Shown: positions 8,481 to 17,271, numbered from the stretch's first letter. The stretch is DNA of 20,550 nucleotides from Cyanobacteriota bacterium (GCA_046045965.1 JBJOKS010000050.1:1-20550), one strand, 5' to 3'. Numbers and translations are program-made. Notes: generated by a model not told the origin, from the sequence alone.

Positions 8481-8503
8481 ATAGGGAACAGGTTTAAATT
8501 TTC

Positions 8504-8531
8504 CCAATTACCAATTATCAATTACCAATTC
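8504..8531 (+). repeat. STRR heptamer tandem repeat, (CCAATTA)x4, imperfect
   Basis: ccaatta ccaatta tcaatta ccaattc. Confidence 0.8.
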
Positions 8532-8548
8532 TATTTGAGTGGTGAATT

Positions 8549-9313
8549 TTGACATCATTAACTTCTCATCCGCAAACGTCCATTTTTTATCCTCATACTG
8601 CTGTAGTTGAGGTGAAAAATCTGGTGTATGCCTATGCACATCAGCAACCAGTATTAAAAGAAATTTCCTTTACCTTAAAAGCAGGCGATCGCGTCGCCTT
8701 GATGGGTGCAACCGGCTCAGGAAAAAGCACCCTCCTAGAAAACCTCATCGGTTTAAAACATCCCCAAAGTGGCACAATTACAATTAATGGCATTCCCGTA
8801 GAACCAAATACTTTACCTCAAATACGCAGACACATTGGCTTTACCTTCCAAGATGCCAACGATCAATTATTTATGCCCACCATTTTGGAAGATATCACCT
8901 TTGGACCCCGCAACTATGGTGTCTCACCAGCAGTAGCAATTGATAAAGCACGACAGTTATTAGCTGATTTTGGCTTAGAAGAATACGCCCACCGTTCCGC
9001 CCATGAACTTTCTGGCGGACAAAGACGTTTAGCCGCTCTAGCATCAATATTAGCCCTAGATCCAGCAATTCTCATCTTAGATGAACCAACTACCGGACTT
9101 GATCCCGCATGGCGACGACATTTAGCCCAAGTATTATTAAAATTGCCCGTACAAGTAATGTTAATTGCTTCCCATGACTTACATTGGTTAGGTAGAGTAA
9201 CTCAACGTGCTTTAGTTCTCTCATCTGGTGAAATTCAAATAGACAGCCAAATTCAACCACTTTTACAAGACGGTAAAACCTTGGATCAGTTAGGTTTGCC
9301 AGTAGACTGGTGA
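8549..9313 (+). CDS. cbiO: Ni/Co ECF transporter ATPase (CbiO/NikO)
   Basis: Walker A GATGSGKST, FQDANDQLF Q-loop, LSGGQ signature, ILDEP Walker B, SHD switch. Start codon uncertain. Confidence 0.92.
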   Translation: MTSLTSHPQTSIFYPHTAVVEVKNLVYAYAHQQPVLKEISFTLKAGDRVALMGATGSGKSTLLENLIGLKHPQSGTITINGIPVEPNTLPQIRRHIGFTFQDANDQLFMPTILEDITFGPRNYGVSPAVAIDKARQLLADFGLEEYAHRSAHELSGGQRRLAALASILALDPAILILDEPTTGLDPAWRRHLAQVLLKLPVQVMLIASHDLHWLGRVTQRALVLSSGEIQIDSQIQPLLQDGKTLDQLGLPVDW

Positions 9314-9353
9314 CTGGGGACTCTTTACTGGGGACAAGTTATATATAATTCTT

Positions 9354-9435
9354 CCCCTGCCTCCCCTGCCTTCTGCCTCCTGCCTTCTGCCTCCTGCCTT
9401 CTGCCTCCTGCCTTCTGCCTTCTGTTCCCTGTTCT
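9354..9435 (+). repeat. STRR heptamer tandem repeat, (CTGCCTY)x8 plus degenerate units
   Basis: CTGCCTT/CTGCCTC units from 9366 to 9421. Confidence 0.9.
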
Positions 9436-9442
9436 CTTTTAA

Positions 9443-9471
9443 CTGACAACTGCTAAATTATTAGTTAGTAT
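9443..9471 (+). promoter_or_regulatory. Candidate sigma70 promoter for the lipoprotein gene
   Basis: CTGACA-N17-TAGTAT, 39 bp upstream of the ATG at 9511. Confidence 0.35.
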
Positions 9472-9510
9472 TGATGGGATTTTACTGCTTTTGGCATATT
9501 CATATTTGTT

Positions 9511-9981
9511 ATGCGTAAGTATACCGTTATTGCTCCCATTGGTCTAAGTATTGCTTTATTAATGACTGGTTGTAGTGAGAGTAAAGTCTCCCAGTGTCAA
9601 AAATTGGTTAAAGTCGTTAATCAAGGTACTTCTTTAATTGATAACAATAAAGGAGAACAGGTAACAACCAGCTTGCAACTCTCCAAAGACTTGCAAAATG
9701 TCACCAAATCGATTCAAGAACTAAGATTAGCAGATCCTGAACTCCAGAAATTTCAAAGCAATTTTGCCAAAGTTTTTGATAATCTCAGTCAAGCGATCGC
9801 TACAGCAGGTAAAGCTCTTGGTGCAACTAAGACAGCAGAAGCTTCTACATCTGGGAGAGAAAAAATCCGCAAAGCAAGAACAGATATAGATTCATCACTG
9901 ACAGCAGCGGCCAAAACAGCTGGTAAAGAATCAGATACTTTCGGGAATCAGCTCAACCACTATTGTAGTCAACCCCAATAA
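9511..9981 (+). CDS. Hypothetical helical lipoprotein
   Basis: Signal peptide with lipobox LMTGC; amphipathic helices; one Cys near each end of the mature protein (possible disulfide). Confidence 0.8.
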   Translation: MRKYTVIAPIGLSIALLMTGCSESKVSQCQKLVKVVNQGTSLIDNNKGEQVTTSLQLSKDLQNVTKSIQELRLADPELQKFQSNFAKVFDNLSQAIATAGKALGATKTAEASTSGREKIRKARTDIDSSLTAAAKTAGKESDTFGNQLNHYCSQPQ

Positions 9982-9992
9982 AGTTAATACCT

Positions 9993-10025
9993 ATATCCCT
10001 GACTTATCAAAGAAGTTGGGGATCT
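9993..10025. repeat. Small dispersed palindrome just downstream of the lipoprotein stop codon
   Basis: ATATCCCTGACTTATCAAAGAAGTTGGGGATCT; closely similar to 12318-12350. Confidence 0.75.
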
Positions 10026-10054
10026 ATAAATCCCCATCAATAATACTTATTGCG

Positions 10055-10184
10055 TAAGTAAGTAGGCACGAAAAAACCAAGCAAGTACAAAAATGTAAAA
10101 TGGCTAAAAACCTCTTCCCTCCAGCATAGATGCCTCCTGCCTCCTGCCTTGCCCTAACGACAATTTTTAACGCCTACCTACTTA
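10055..10184. mobile_element. MITE-like element (about 130 bp) with imperfect terminal inverted repeats and TA at both ends
   Basis: Left end TAAGTAAGTAGGCACGAAAAA versus reverse complement of right end TAAGTAGGTAGGCGTTAAAAA (17/21 match); internal TGCCTCC heptamers; no transposase. Confidence 0.7.
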
Positions 10185-10840
10185 TGAGAGCAGAATTAAT
10201 TGAATTGATAGCTAAAGTTACCCACGTATTACAAATCAATATGCGGTGGATGACTTGGAACTTATTTCTGGCTTTTATTCCTTTAGCTTTGAGTGTTTGG
10301 CTGTTTCGCACTCAACGCGGACGTTCTTGGGTTTGGTGGCTTGGCTTTTTAGTTTTTTATGCATTTTTACCCAATGCCCCTTATTTATTAACTGATGTTA
10401 TTCACTTAATAGATGATGTCCGCAATATTCAATCAGTGTGGATGATTACATTAGTCTTAATTCCTGTTTATTTCCTCGTAATTATGGCAGGATTTCAAGC
10501 TTATGTAATTTCTCTCATCAATTTAGGTCATTATTTGCACCGTATTGGTAAGAGTAAATGGATTTTAGGCATTGAGATAATAACTCATGCTCTCAACGCC
10601 ATAGGTATTTATTGGGGTCGTTTCTTGCGTTTTAACAGCTGGGATTTTATTACTCAGCCAGATGCCATACTGACTAAAGGTGTTGAAGAACTTCTTGGTA
10701 AACAACCTTTGGTAATTATCACTATTACTTTTGTGATTCTTTGCGGGTTGTACTGGTTGATGAAACGGGTAAGTTTGGGTTTTGTAAATAAAGGTATCAA
10801 TTCCCAATCCAGTAATTCTCATATCCATCATCATGGATAA
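10184..10840 (+). CDS. DUF1361-family membrane protein
   Basis: WNLFLAFIP, FLPNAPYLLTDVIHL, GIYWGRFLRFNSWD motifs. Start placed at ATG 10184 because the upstream 18 codons lie inside the MITE. Confidence 0.85.
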   Translation: MRAELIELIAKVTHVLQINMRWMTWNLFLAFIPLALSVWLFRTQRGRSWVWWLGFLVFYAFLPNAPYLLTDVIHLIDDVRNIQSVWMITLVLIPVYFLVIMAGFQAYVISLINLGHYLHRIGKSKWILGIEIITHALNAIGIYWGRFLRFNSWDFITQPDAILTKGVEELLGKQPLVIITITFVILCGLYWLMKRVSLGFVNKGINSQSSNSHIHHHG

Positions 10841-11016
10841 TTACTAACATTACTATATCGGGCATCATGCCTGATTCACAAGATATTTATTAAAAATCTA
10901 TCCAAAGAAGGGAATAAAACAAGGATAATTTCTTATCAAAAGAAAGATGCGATTTTACCGCGTTAGAGGTTGAAATAAGTATATATTCTCGACACTTATT
11001 GACGTGGAATAATAAT

Positions 11017-12186
11017 ATGGCATTTTTATCTATTGATGAACTCAAAACTTTAGTAGAAAATTCCCAATCCCCATCTGTATCTCTGTATATGCCTACACAA
11101 AAAGCAGGGGCAGAAATTCGACAAAATCCCATTCGCTTCAAAAATTTAATGCGGGAAGCGGAAGAACGTTTAGAAGCAATGGGGATAAGACACACTGAGG
11201 CTGTTGATTTTCTCCAACCAGCTAGAGAATTAGACAGGGGTGATTTTTGGGAACACCAAAATCAGGGATTGGTAATTTTTATTTCCCCAAATCTATTTCG
11301 TTACTATTGTTTACCAATTGAATTTGCAGAATTAGTTGTTGTTAACGAGCAATTTCACCTGAAGCCATTACTGCATTTTATCAATAATGATGGTAAATTT
11401 TATGTTTTGGCTTTGAGTCAAAAAGACGTGAAATTTTTTGCAGGTACTGGTCATAGCTTGAAAGAAGTGCAAGTAGAAAATATGCCACCTAATCTAGAAG
11501 CGGCTCTTTTAGAAGAGAACATTCAAAAAGGGGTACAACATCGCATTGCTACATCTAGAGGGGGAACTGCCAATCCTTTTCAACACCCTGGTTCAGTTCA
11601 CGGACAGGGAAGTCCTGATCAAGATAAACATCAAGCTGATATTTTACAATTTTGTTATGCTATTGATGAAGCATTACATGAGAAATTAAGGGATGAAAAA
11701 GCGCCTTTAGTGTTAGCAGGAGTAGAGTATTTATTTCCTATTTACCAAGCGGCAAATACCTATCCTCATTTGTTGGATGAAAGCATTAATGGGAATGCAG
11801 AAATTGTTAATCTAGAACAATTACATGATGAAGCCTGGCGAATTGTTGCTCCTTCATTTCAACAAGATAAACAGGCAGTAATAGAACTATATCAACAATT
11901 AGCTGGTGAAGGTACTGGAAAGGCTGCTAGTGATATTAAAGAAATTATTCCGGCGGCTTATTATCACCGAATTGATTCTTTGCTTGTAGCAGTAGATGAT
12001 CAGAAATGGGGAAAATTTGATCCTGAAAATACAACTGTGGATTTACACACGGAACCAGAACCAAATGATCAAGATATGTTAGATTTTGCTGCTGTGCATA
12101 CACTGTTAAATGGTGGCAAAGTTTATACCCTTGAATCTGAAGAAATGCCAAATGGAGCAACAGTGGCAGCAATTTTTAGATATTAG
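11017..12186 (+). CDS. Bacterial archaeo-eukaryotic release factor-like protein (baeRF3/baeRF7 type)
   Basis: VSLYMPT...QNPIRFKNL, FHLKPLL, YVLALS, PLVLAGVE, C-terminal L7Ae-like TLLNGGKVY...AAIFRY. ATG at 11017 preferred. Confidence 0.8.
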   Translation: MAFLSIDELKTLVENSQSPSVSLYMPTQKAGAEIRQNPIRFKNLMREAEERLEAMGIRHTEAVDFLQPARELDRGDFWEHQNQGLVIFISPNLFRYYCLPIEFAELVVVNEQFHLKPLLHFINNDGKFYVLALSQKDVKFFAGTGHSLKEVQVENMPPNLEAALLEENIQKGVQHRIATSRGGTANPFQHPGSVHGQGSPDQDKHQADILQFCYAIDEALHEKLRDEKAPLVLAGVEYLFPIYQAANTYPHLLDESINGNAEIVNLEQLHDEAWRIVAPSFQQDKQAVIELYQQLAGEGTGKAASDIKEIIPAAYYHRIDSLLVAVDDQKWGKFDPENTTVDLHTEPEPNDQDMLDFAAVHTLLNGGKVYTLESEEMPNGATVAAIFRY

Positions 12187-12217
12187 ACATCTCCAAAAAA
12201 GATTGTAGAACCGTAAT

Positions 12218-12315
12218 TATAGCAGGAGTCAGGAGTCAGGAGTCATAAGTAAAACCCTCTTTTCGTAAGAGTTTCATGATTAATTGATGTCCTAACTACT
12301 CTGTCTACGGCTATA
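12218..12315. mobile_element. Short MITE-like element with TATAGC...GCTATA ends carrying (AGGAGTC) heptamers
   Basis: TATAGC at 12218-12223 and GCTATA at 12310-12315; internal AGGAGTC x3 and TGTCCTAAC; lies between convergent genes. Confidence 0.5.
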
Positions 12316-12317
12316 CC

Positions 12318-12350
12318 AGATCCCTGACTTCTTTAAGAAATTGGGGATCT
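12318..12350. repeat. Small dispersed palindrome downstream of rimM
   Basis: AGATCCCTGACTTCTTTAAGAAATTGGGGATCT. Confidence 0.75.
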
Positions 12351-12365
12351 TGAGTGTCAATATTT

Positions 12366-13034
12366 TTAATCATTTATTGACAACAAACCAGAGGGAGGAG
12401 TAATTTCAACTCGACGATTTTCTAAATCCACAACAGGAACAATTTCCATGACAAAAGGAATTAAAATTGTTTTTCCAGCCTTATCTTCAGCAAAACTAGC
12501 ATCAAATTTCACCTCTAATAAATCATGACCTGAAGGTAAAATATCCTCCACAGTTCCTACTAACTCCCCAGATGATTGCATGAAAACCTGCAAGCCTAAC
12601 AAATCTATAACATGAAATTCACCTTCTGCTAATTCGGGGCGATCGCTAATAGGAACAAACAACCGACAGTCACGCATATTTTCAGCAGATGTGCGATCGC
12701 TCACTCCCTCCAATTTAATCACATATAGATTCTTCCCTTCAACATACCGCCCATTTAATAACTCTATCGGTTGCGGTTCCATATCTCCTGGACGCAATAA
12801 CCAACGAGTTCCCCCTTCTTCAAAGCGTTCAGGAAAATCAGTATTCGGATAAACCCGCAACTCCCCAGCTAAACCTTGAGGTGCAACAATTTTACCAATT
12901 TCCAACCAATCATCAAGATCGGTGATTGGTGATTGGTGATTGGTGACTGGGGGCTTTTTATTTTTTCCCCCTGCTCCCCGCTCCCTGCTCCCTTGCTTTC
13001 TTTTCTTCGCTTCCTTCGTGTCTTCGTGGTTCAT
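12366..13034 (-). CDS. rimM: Ribosome maturation factor RimM
   Basis: IGKIVAPQGLAGELRV, LAEGEFHVIDLLG, LIPFVMEIVPVVDL...PPSGLL; AAGGA RBS overlapping the avtA stop codon. Confidence 0.96.
   Translation of the reverse strand: MNHEDTKEAKKRKQGSRERGAGGKNKKPPVTNHQSPITDLDDWLEIGKIVAPQGLAGELRVYPNTDFPERFEEGGTRWLLRPGDMEPQPIELLNGRYVEGKNLYVIKLEGVSDRTSAENMRDCRLFVPISDRPELAEGEFHVIDLLGLQVFMQSSGELVGTVEDILPSGHDLLEVKFDASFAEDKAGKTILIPFVMEIVPVVDLENRRVEITPPSGLLSIND
12921..13030. repeat. Cluster of short tandem repeats inside the 5' coding region of rimM
   Basis: (GGTGATT)x3 plus GGTGACT at 12921-12948; (CYGCTCC)x3 at 12971-12991; CTTCG-based 9-mers at 13005-13030. Confidence 0.85.
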
Positions 13035-13039
13035 TTTCC

Positions 13040-14323
13040 TTACACACCAACCGCCGCAACTTGATAAACCTGTTCAGCTACCTGAGCTAAACGCTGCATA
13101 CCGATAGTAATTTCCTCATCACTACCAGTTAAACTGATACGCAGACATTGATGCTTATGTTCCCACTCATCTTTTAAACCAGGGAAGAAACCACTACCAG
13201 GAACAACAATCACACCAACTTTCTTTAATTCCTGGTAAAATTCCCAATCAGTCATCGGTAAATCTTCCAGCCATAACCAGCCAAAAATCGCCCCTTCACC
13301 GCGATGTAAAAACCAAGGTATATTCTTAGGCATGGCTGCTTCTAAAGTGCTTTCTAATACATCAAACTTGTGCTGATAAAAAGGACGAATCACACTTTCT
13401 GCAATATCCGCTAATGCACCTGATTCGATCGCACGAGCAGCGATCGCTTGACCATAGCGAGAAGAATGAATCCCCGCATTAGTTTGGAAACACTCTAAAG
13501 CTTGCAGCAGCTTTTCATCACCAATGGCTATCCCGATTCTTTCCCCTGGTAAACCTGCCTTTGATAAACTCATACAATGGAGAATATTCTCACCAAATAC
13601 AGGTTTCATGTCTGTAAAATTCAAAGCTGGGAAAGGAGGAGCATAAGCTGAGTCTATCAACACAGGTACATTAAATGGTGCAGCTAAAGCGGCAATTTTC
13701 TCAACTTCGTCATTAGTTAAAACGTTACCTGTTGGGTTACAAGGACGGGAGAATATCACACAACCCGTTGCTTCTGTAATCGCAAGTTGGCTAAAATCAG
13801 GACGATATTTAAAGCGGTGGTTGGCGCTATCAATATCAAGGGTGGGTTTGTAAGCAATTAAAGCTTCTGGGCATAAGCTAACCCCACCATAACCAGTATA
13901 ATCAGGACTTAAAGGCAGAACAATTTGTTTTAAATCGCCATCGCTATTATATCCACCGTAAGCATTAGTAGCATAGAAGTAAATTGTTTGACTACCCGCT
14001 GTCACCAAGATATTGCGCTCTGTTAAATTTAACCCATAACGCTGGTTAAAATCCTTAACCATTACCGAAATAAAAGGCGCATAACCCTGAGACGAACCGT
14101 AGCGACAAACAACTTCACCATATTCAGAACTGGCTAATAAATCTGCTGTACAGTCCCGCCATAACTGTTCTACCTCTGGTAAAATCAGCGGGTTGCCGGC
14201 ACTTAAATTATATAATACCTGCCCCTGATTAGCTCTCAGTGTTTCATTAATATCTTTCATAATTGCTCTCACTCCAGTTAAGTTGGACATTTGAGCGCCA
14301 GTTTTACTAAGGGCAGGTTTCAT
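13040..14323 (-). CDS. avtA: Valine--pyruvate aminotransferase (PLP class I/II)
   Basis: NLSAGNP, SRPCNPTGN, IDSAY, SLSKAGLPGERIG (PLP lysine), EGAIFGWLW. Start at MKPALS (14323) preferred over 14353. Confidence 0.92.
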   Translation of the reverse strand: MKPALSKTGAQMSNLTGVRAIMKDINETLRANQGQVLYNLSAGNPLILPEVEQLWRDCTADLLASSEYGEVVCRYGSSQGYAPFISVMVKDFNQRYGLNLTERNILVTAGSQTIYFYATNAYGGYNSDGDLKQIVLPLSPDYTGYGGVSLCPEALIAYKPTLDIDSANHRFKYRPDFSQLAITEATGCVIFSRPCNPTGNVLTNDEVEKIAALAAPFNVPVLIDSAYAPPFPALNFTDMKPVFGENILHCMSLSKAGLPGERIGIAIGDEKLLQALECFQTNAGIHSSRYGQAIAARAIESGALADIAESVIRPFYQHKFDVLESTLEAAMPKNIPWFLHRGEGAIFGWLWLEDLPMTDWEFYQELKKVGVIVVPGSGFFPGLKDEWEHKHQCLRISLTGSDEEITIGMQRLAQVAEQVYQVAAVGV

Positions 14324-14388
14324 AGGCTTGTTACAAATTAAAGGAATTGCCATTATAACGTAGGCAACGATTAGTGATCATTAGGGAT

Positions 14389-14414
14389 TCCTACGGAGCG
14401 ATTCGCGATCGCTC
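14389..14414. repeat. HIP1-associated small hairpin repeat
   Basis: TCCTACGGAGCGATTCGCGATCGCTC; GAGCGAT/ATCGCTC stem includes the HIP1 site at 14405-14412. Confidence 0.45.
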
Positions 14415-14460
14415 TTCGGATCAAAACTTTTTGGTTTACTGTTTACAGCTATTTTCAAGT

Positions 14461-17271
14461 TTAACCCATTTTCAACTGCTGTTTTAAAGCTGCTGGCACA
14501 TTATTAGCCGCTTCTAGTCCTTCCACATCTTCCCACTTGGTATTTTTATCCCAGCGGATATAACCAAACAATTCATCACCGAAGTTAGCACCAATCAGGT
14601 ATGCACCGCTGAGGTTAGCACCTTTTAAATTAGCGCCGCTCAGGTCTACTCGGCTCAAATCCGCATCTTGGAGGTTAGCATTACTCAAGTCTGCACCTCT
14701 GAGATCAGTACGAATCAGGTTAGCACCACTGATGTTAGCACCACGTAAGTCTGCTTGAATGAGTTTAGCGGCTATCAAGTAGGCATTGCTGAGGTTGGCT
14801 TGCAATAAATAGGTGCGGCTAAGTTCTGCACGGCTGAGGTCTGCATGACTTAAGTCTGTACTACTTAGATCTGCTTGAAAAAGGTAAGTAGCTCTCAGGT
14901 GAGTAGCACTAAAAAATTGCCCAACTATACTTTTAAAACTATCACCCTTTAAGCAATTACAGTAGTTAATCATCCGCAGCAAATCTGATGTTAAATTATC
15001 TCCTTGGGTTTGCCCAGATGGATAGAAAATTATATATTCTTTCAGCACATCATGTTCTTGAGCATATCGCTGTAATTCCAACAGCAAAATCATCACATTC
15101 AACCCTGCATAAATATCTACCTGGCGCTGACCTAAATTTTCAAGACTGTAATTTGGGATGTATTTTTGTAATTGTCGCAGCTTTGTTTGGGCTAAAGTCT
15201 CTGCTGGTGAATCAATAAATTTACCTTGACACCAGTTATTGTAAAAATTCTCTAAAACCTTAAATAGATTAATCCAATATAAATCGGGAATCTGTGTAAG
15301 TAACCCAATCACATATTCTACAATTCCTGGGGTGATTTTACCAAACCCTAGCAAATCATAAATTTGCCAATTCATTTCTTGAATTTGTTCATCACTATTA
15401 AATCTTGACCAATCTTGTAGAGATTTTATTAACTTTTCAGCAAACAGAAATTCACTAAAAGTTTTATGAACACATTCAATTTGATCTGGTTGTGCTTGAG
15501 TATGACTGAAGTACAAGTTTTTCAATGTTAATTGAATATCTGTTTGTTGCTCTTGTAAACGGGATTTTATCATGGGTATAGAGCCAAATATACCCCCAGA
15601 TTGGACAATAGCAAAAGCAGTTTCTGTGAGCAGATGATGTAAATTTGATTGGTAATTTAGATTTTCGGGATTATGAACATCACTATCATTGACGATTGGT
15701 TTTTGTTGGGCTATTAACCAATTAATAAATTCTTGCCAAATCACCACCTTGGCAGTTTTTTTATTAGCTTGTTCTAATTTATCCAATGCCACGGTTTCAT
15801 CTCTATACATAACTGCTAATAAATGCAGATAAAGGGGTTCAAAAGCTAATTTATTGATTGCTGATGGACATTTTTTATTAGATAAAAATTGTGCTATATT
15901 TGTCTGCTTACCTTGGTTATCTGGCAGAGAAGCCCATTTTTTGAACCATTTTTCCTGAACTTGTTTATCCATTTCTAGGATTTCTACCCGTTCTAAATTT
16001 TGGGGTAAATTAGGGATATATTGTAAAGCGGTTTTTCTGCCAGTAATTAAAACCCGATGCCCCATTTCTGCTTGATTTTTACATTTCTGCTGAAATGCAG
16101 CTACTTGTTGAATAAATGCCTCTAAATCAGTATGCAAATCATCAAACCCATCCAAAATAAATAAAAATCGCGTATTTTTATTAGTCAACAAATCATGATT
16201 ATTTTCAGGAAAACTAACTTTCAGTTCTGCTTGCAAAGTTTCCTCTAAAGAAGAAGCAAAATATTTAATATCTTTTAAATTAATTAAAATTGGTGTCCAC
16301 AGAGGATGTAAATGTTGCCGTACCCAATCAGCAAATATTCGACAAAAGACACTTTTACCCCTTCCTGGTTCACCTTGAATAAACATGACTTGTGCTAATT
16401 TCTGCTGATTGAGAATAACTCCTTTTGCCCATGCTTCTAAATCCAAGGGATTGACTTTTTGATCTACAGGTTGGGCTTTAAGAGGAATATATATATCTTT
16501 CCAAGAGTAGCTTTGATTAAAAACTTTTTCTAATGGCTGAGATGCAATATGTGTGTTCAAATATTCATCTATACCCTGAATTATTTGCTGTTCTTTTTGC
16601 CATTCTTTACAGGAATCGGAAATTAAAGTTTGGATGTTATCACCTGCATATACCCAGGTATTAATAATGTGGTTATGAGCAGTAATAGCAATTCTTTGTG
16701 TCAAAAGATTGGCTAAAAACTTTGTGATGTTTGGGGCTATTAATCGAGTTAATAATATTTGATTAAACGCTGTGGATAACTCTGATTCATAAAAACAGGA
16801 AATTGTATTTTTAGCTATTTCTTCATCTAATTCTATATCATTAATAATTTGCAGTTTTGTTCTAAATTCTTCAAGATTATCTAAGTTGGTATCCCAATTT
16901 ATCGCTGGGTATAAAGATAAAATTTCTTGGATGCTTTGTAAATAAGCTGCTTGACTAACTATAAATACGCAGTCTTCTAAGGTAGGAGTTTCTTGAGTCA
17001 TATCAGCATATAACTTCAATAAATTAACCCCAAGAGATACATAAGATAATTCTCTACCTACTATTTGAGATAAAGGTAAACATAGTACATCTAATAATGA
17101 GGAAGAATTTTCTAGTACAGGTTTTAAGACTTCTAAACTGATATTTTGTTCGTGAATGGTTGGTGTCGCTGCTAAAATTGCTTTACCCGTATCTGTTGTT
17201 GTATTCAGATTAGTTTCTACTGAAAAACATTGCCGGAACTGCTGCCAAATTTGTGATAATGTTTTTGTCAT
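14461..17271 (-). CDS. NACHT (STAND) NTPase with C-terminal pentapeptide repeats
   Basis: Walker A GEPGRGKS, Walker B FILDGFDD, LITGR sensor, HKTFSEFLFA motif, and many A(D/N)L(S/R)x pentapeptides at the C-terminus. Confidence 0.92.
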   Translation of the reverse strand: MTKTLSQIWQQFRQCFSVETNLNTTTDTGKAILAATPTIHEQNISLEVLKPVLENSSSLLDVLCLPLSQIVGRELSYVSLGVNLLKLYADMTQETPTLEDCVFIVSQAAYLQSIQEILSLYPAINWDTNLDNLEEFRTKLQIINDIELDEEIAKNTISCFYESELSTAFNQILLTRLIAPNITKFLANLLTQRIAITAHNHIINTWVYAGDNIQTLISDSCKEWQKEQQIIQGIDEYLNTHIASQPLEKVFNQSYSWKDIYIPLKAQPVDQKVNPLDLEAWAKGVILNQQKLAQVMFIQGEPGRGKSVFCRIFADWVRQHLHPLWTPILINLKDIKYFASSLEETLQAELKVSFPENNHDLLTNKNTRFLFILDGFDDLHTDLEAFIQQVAAFQQKCKNQAEMGHRVLITGRKTALQYIPNLPQNLERVEILEMDKQVQEKWFKKWASLPDNQGKQTNIAQFLSNKKCPSAINKLAFEPLYLHLLAVMYRDETVALDKLEQANKKTAKVVIWQEFINWLIAQQKPIVNDSDVHNPENLNYQSNLHHLLTETAFAIVQSGGIFGSIPMIKSRLQEQQTDIQLTLKNLYFSHTQAQPDQIECVHKTFSEFLFAEKLIKSLQDWSRFNSDEQIQEMNWQIYDLLGFGKITPGIVEYVIGLLTQIPDLYWINLFKVLENFYNNWCQGKFIDSPAETLAQTKLRQLQKYIPNYSLENLGQRQVDIYAGLNVMILLLELQRYAQEHDVLKEYIIFYPSGQTQGDNLTSDLLRMINYCNCLKGDSFKSIVGQFFSATHLRATYLFQADLSSTDLSHADLSRAELSRTYLLQANLSNAYLIAAKLIQADLRGANISGANLIRTDLRGADLSNANLQDADLSRVDLSGANLKGANLSGAYLIGANFGDELFGYIRWDKNTKWEDVEGLEAANNVPAALKQQLKMG

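Noticed and set aside
7904..8497. ORFs 7904-8113 (-) and 8276-8497 (+)
   Set aside because: Overlap cbiQ in other frames; spurious.
9354..9435. CRISPR array suggested by tandem repeats (also 18148-18231)
   Set aside because: Units are contiguous heptamers with no unique spacers, and no cas genes are present.
10130..10183. N-terminal extension MPPASCLAL... of DUF1361 as the native start
   Set aside because: Encoded by MITE and STRR sequence; ATG 10184 is the more plausible native start.
10565..12172. Minus-strand ORFs 10565-10834, 10890-11195 and 11945-12172
   Set aside because: Antisense to well-supported genes; no motifs.
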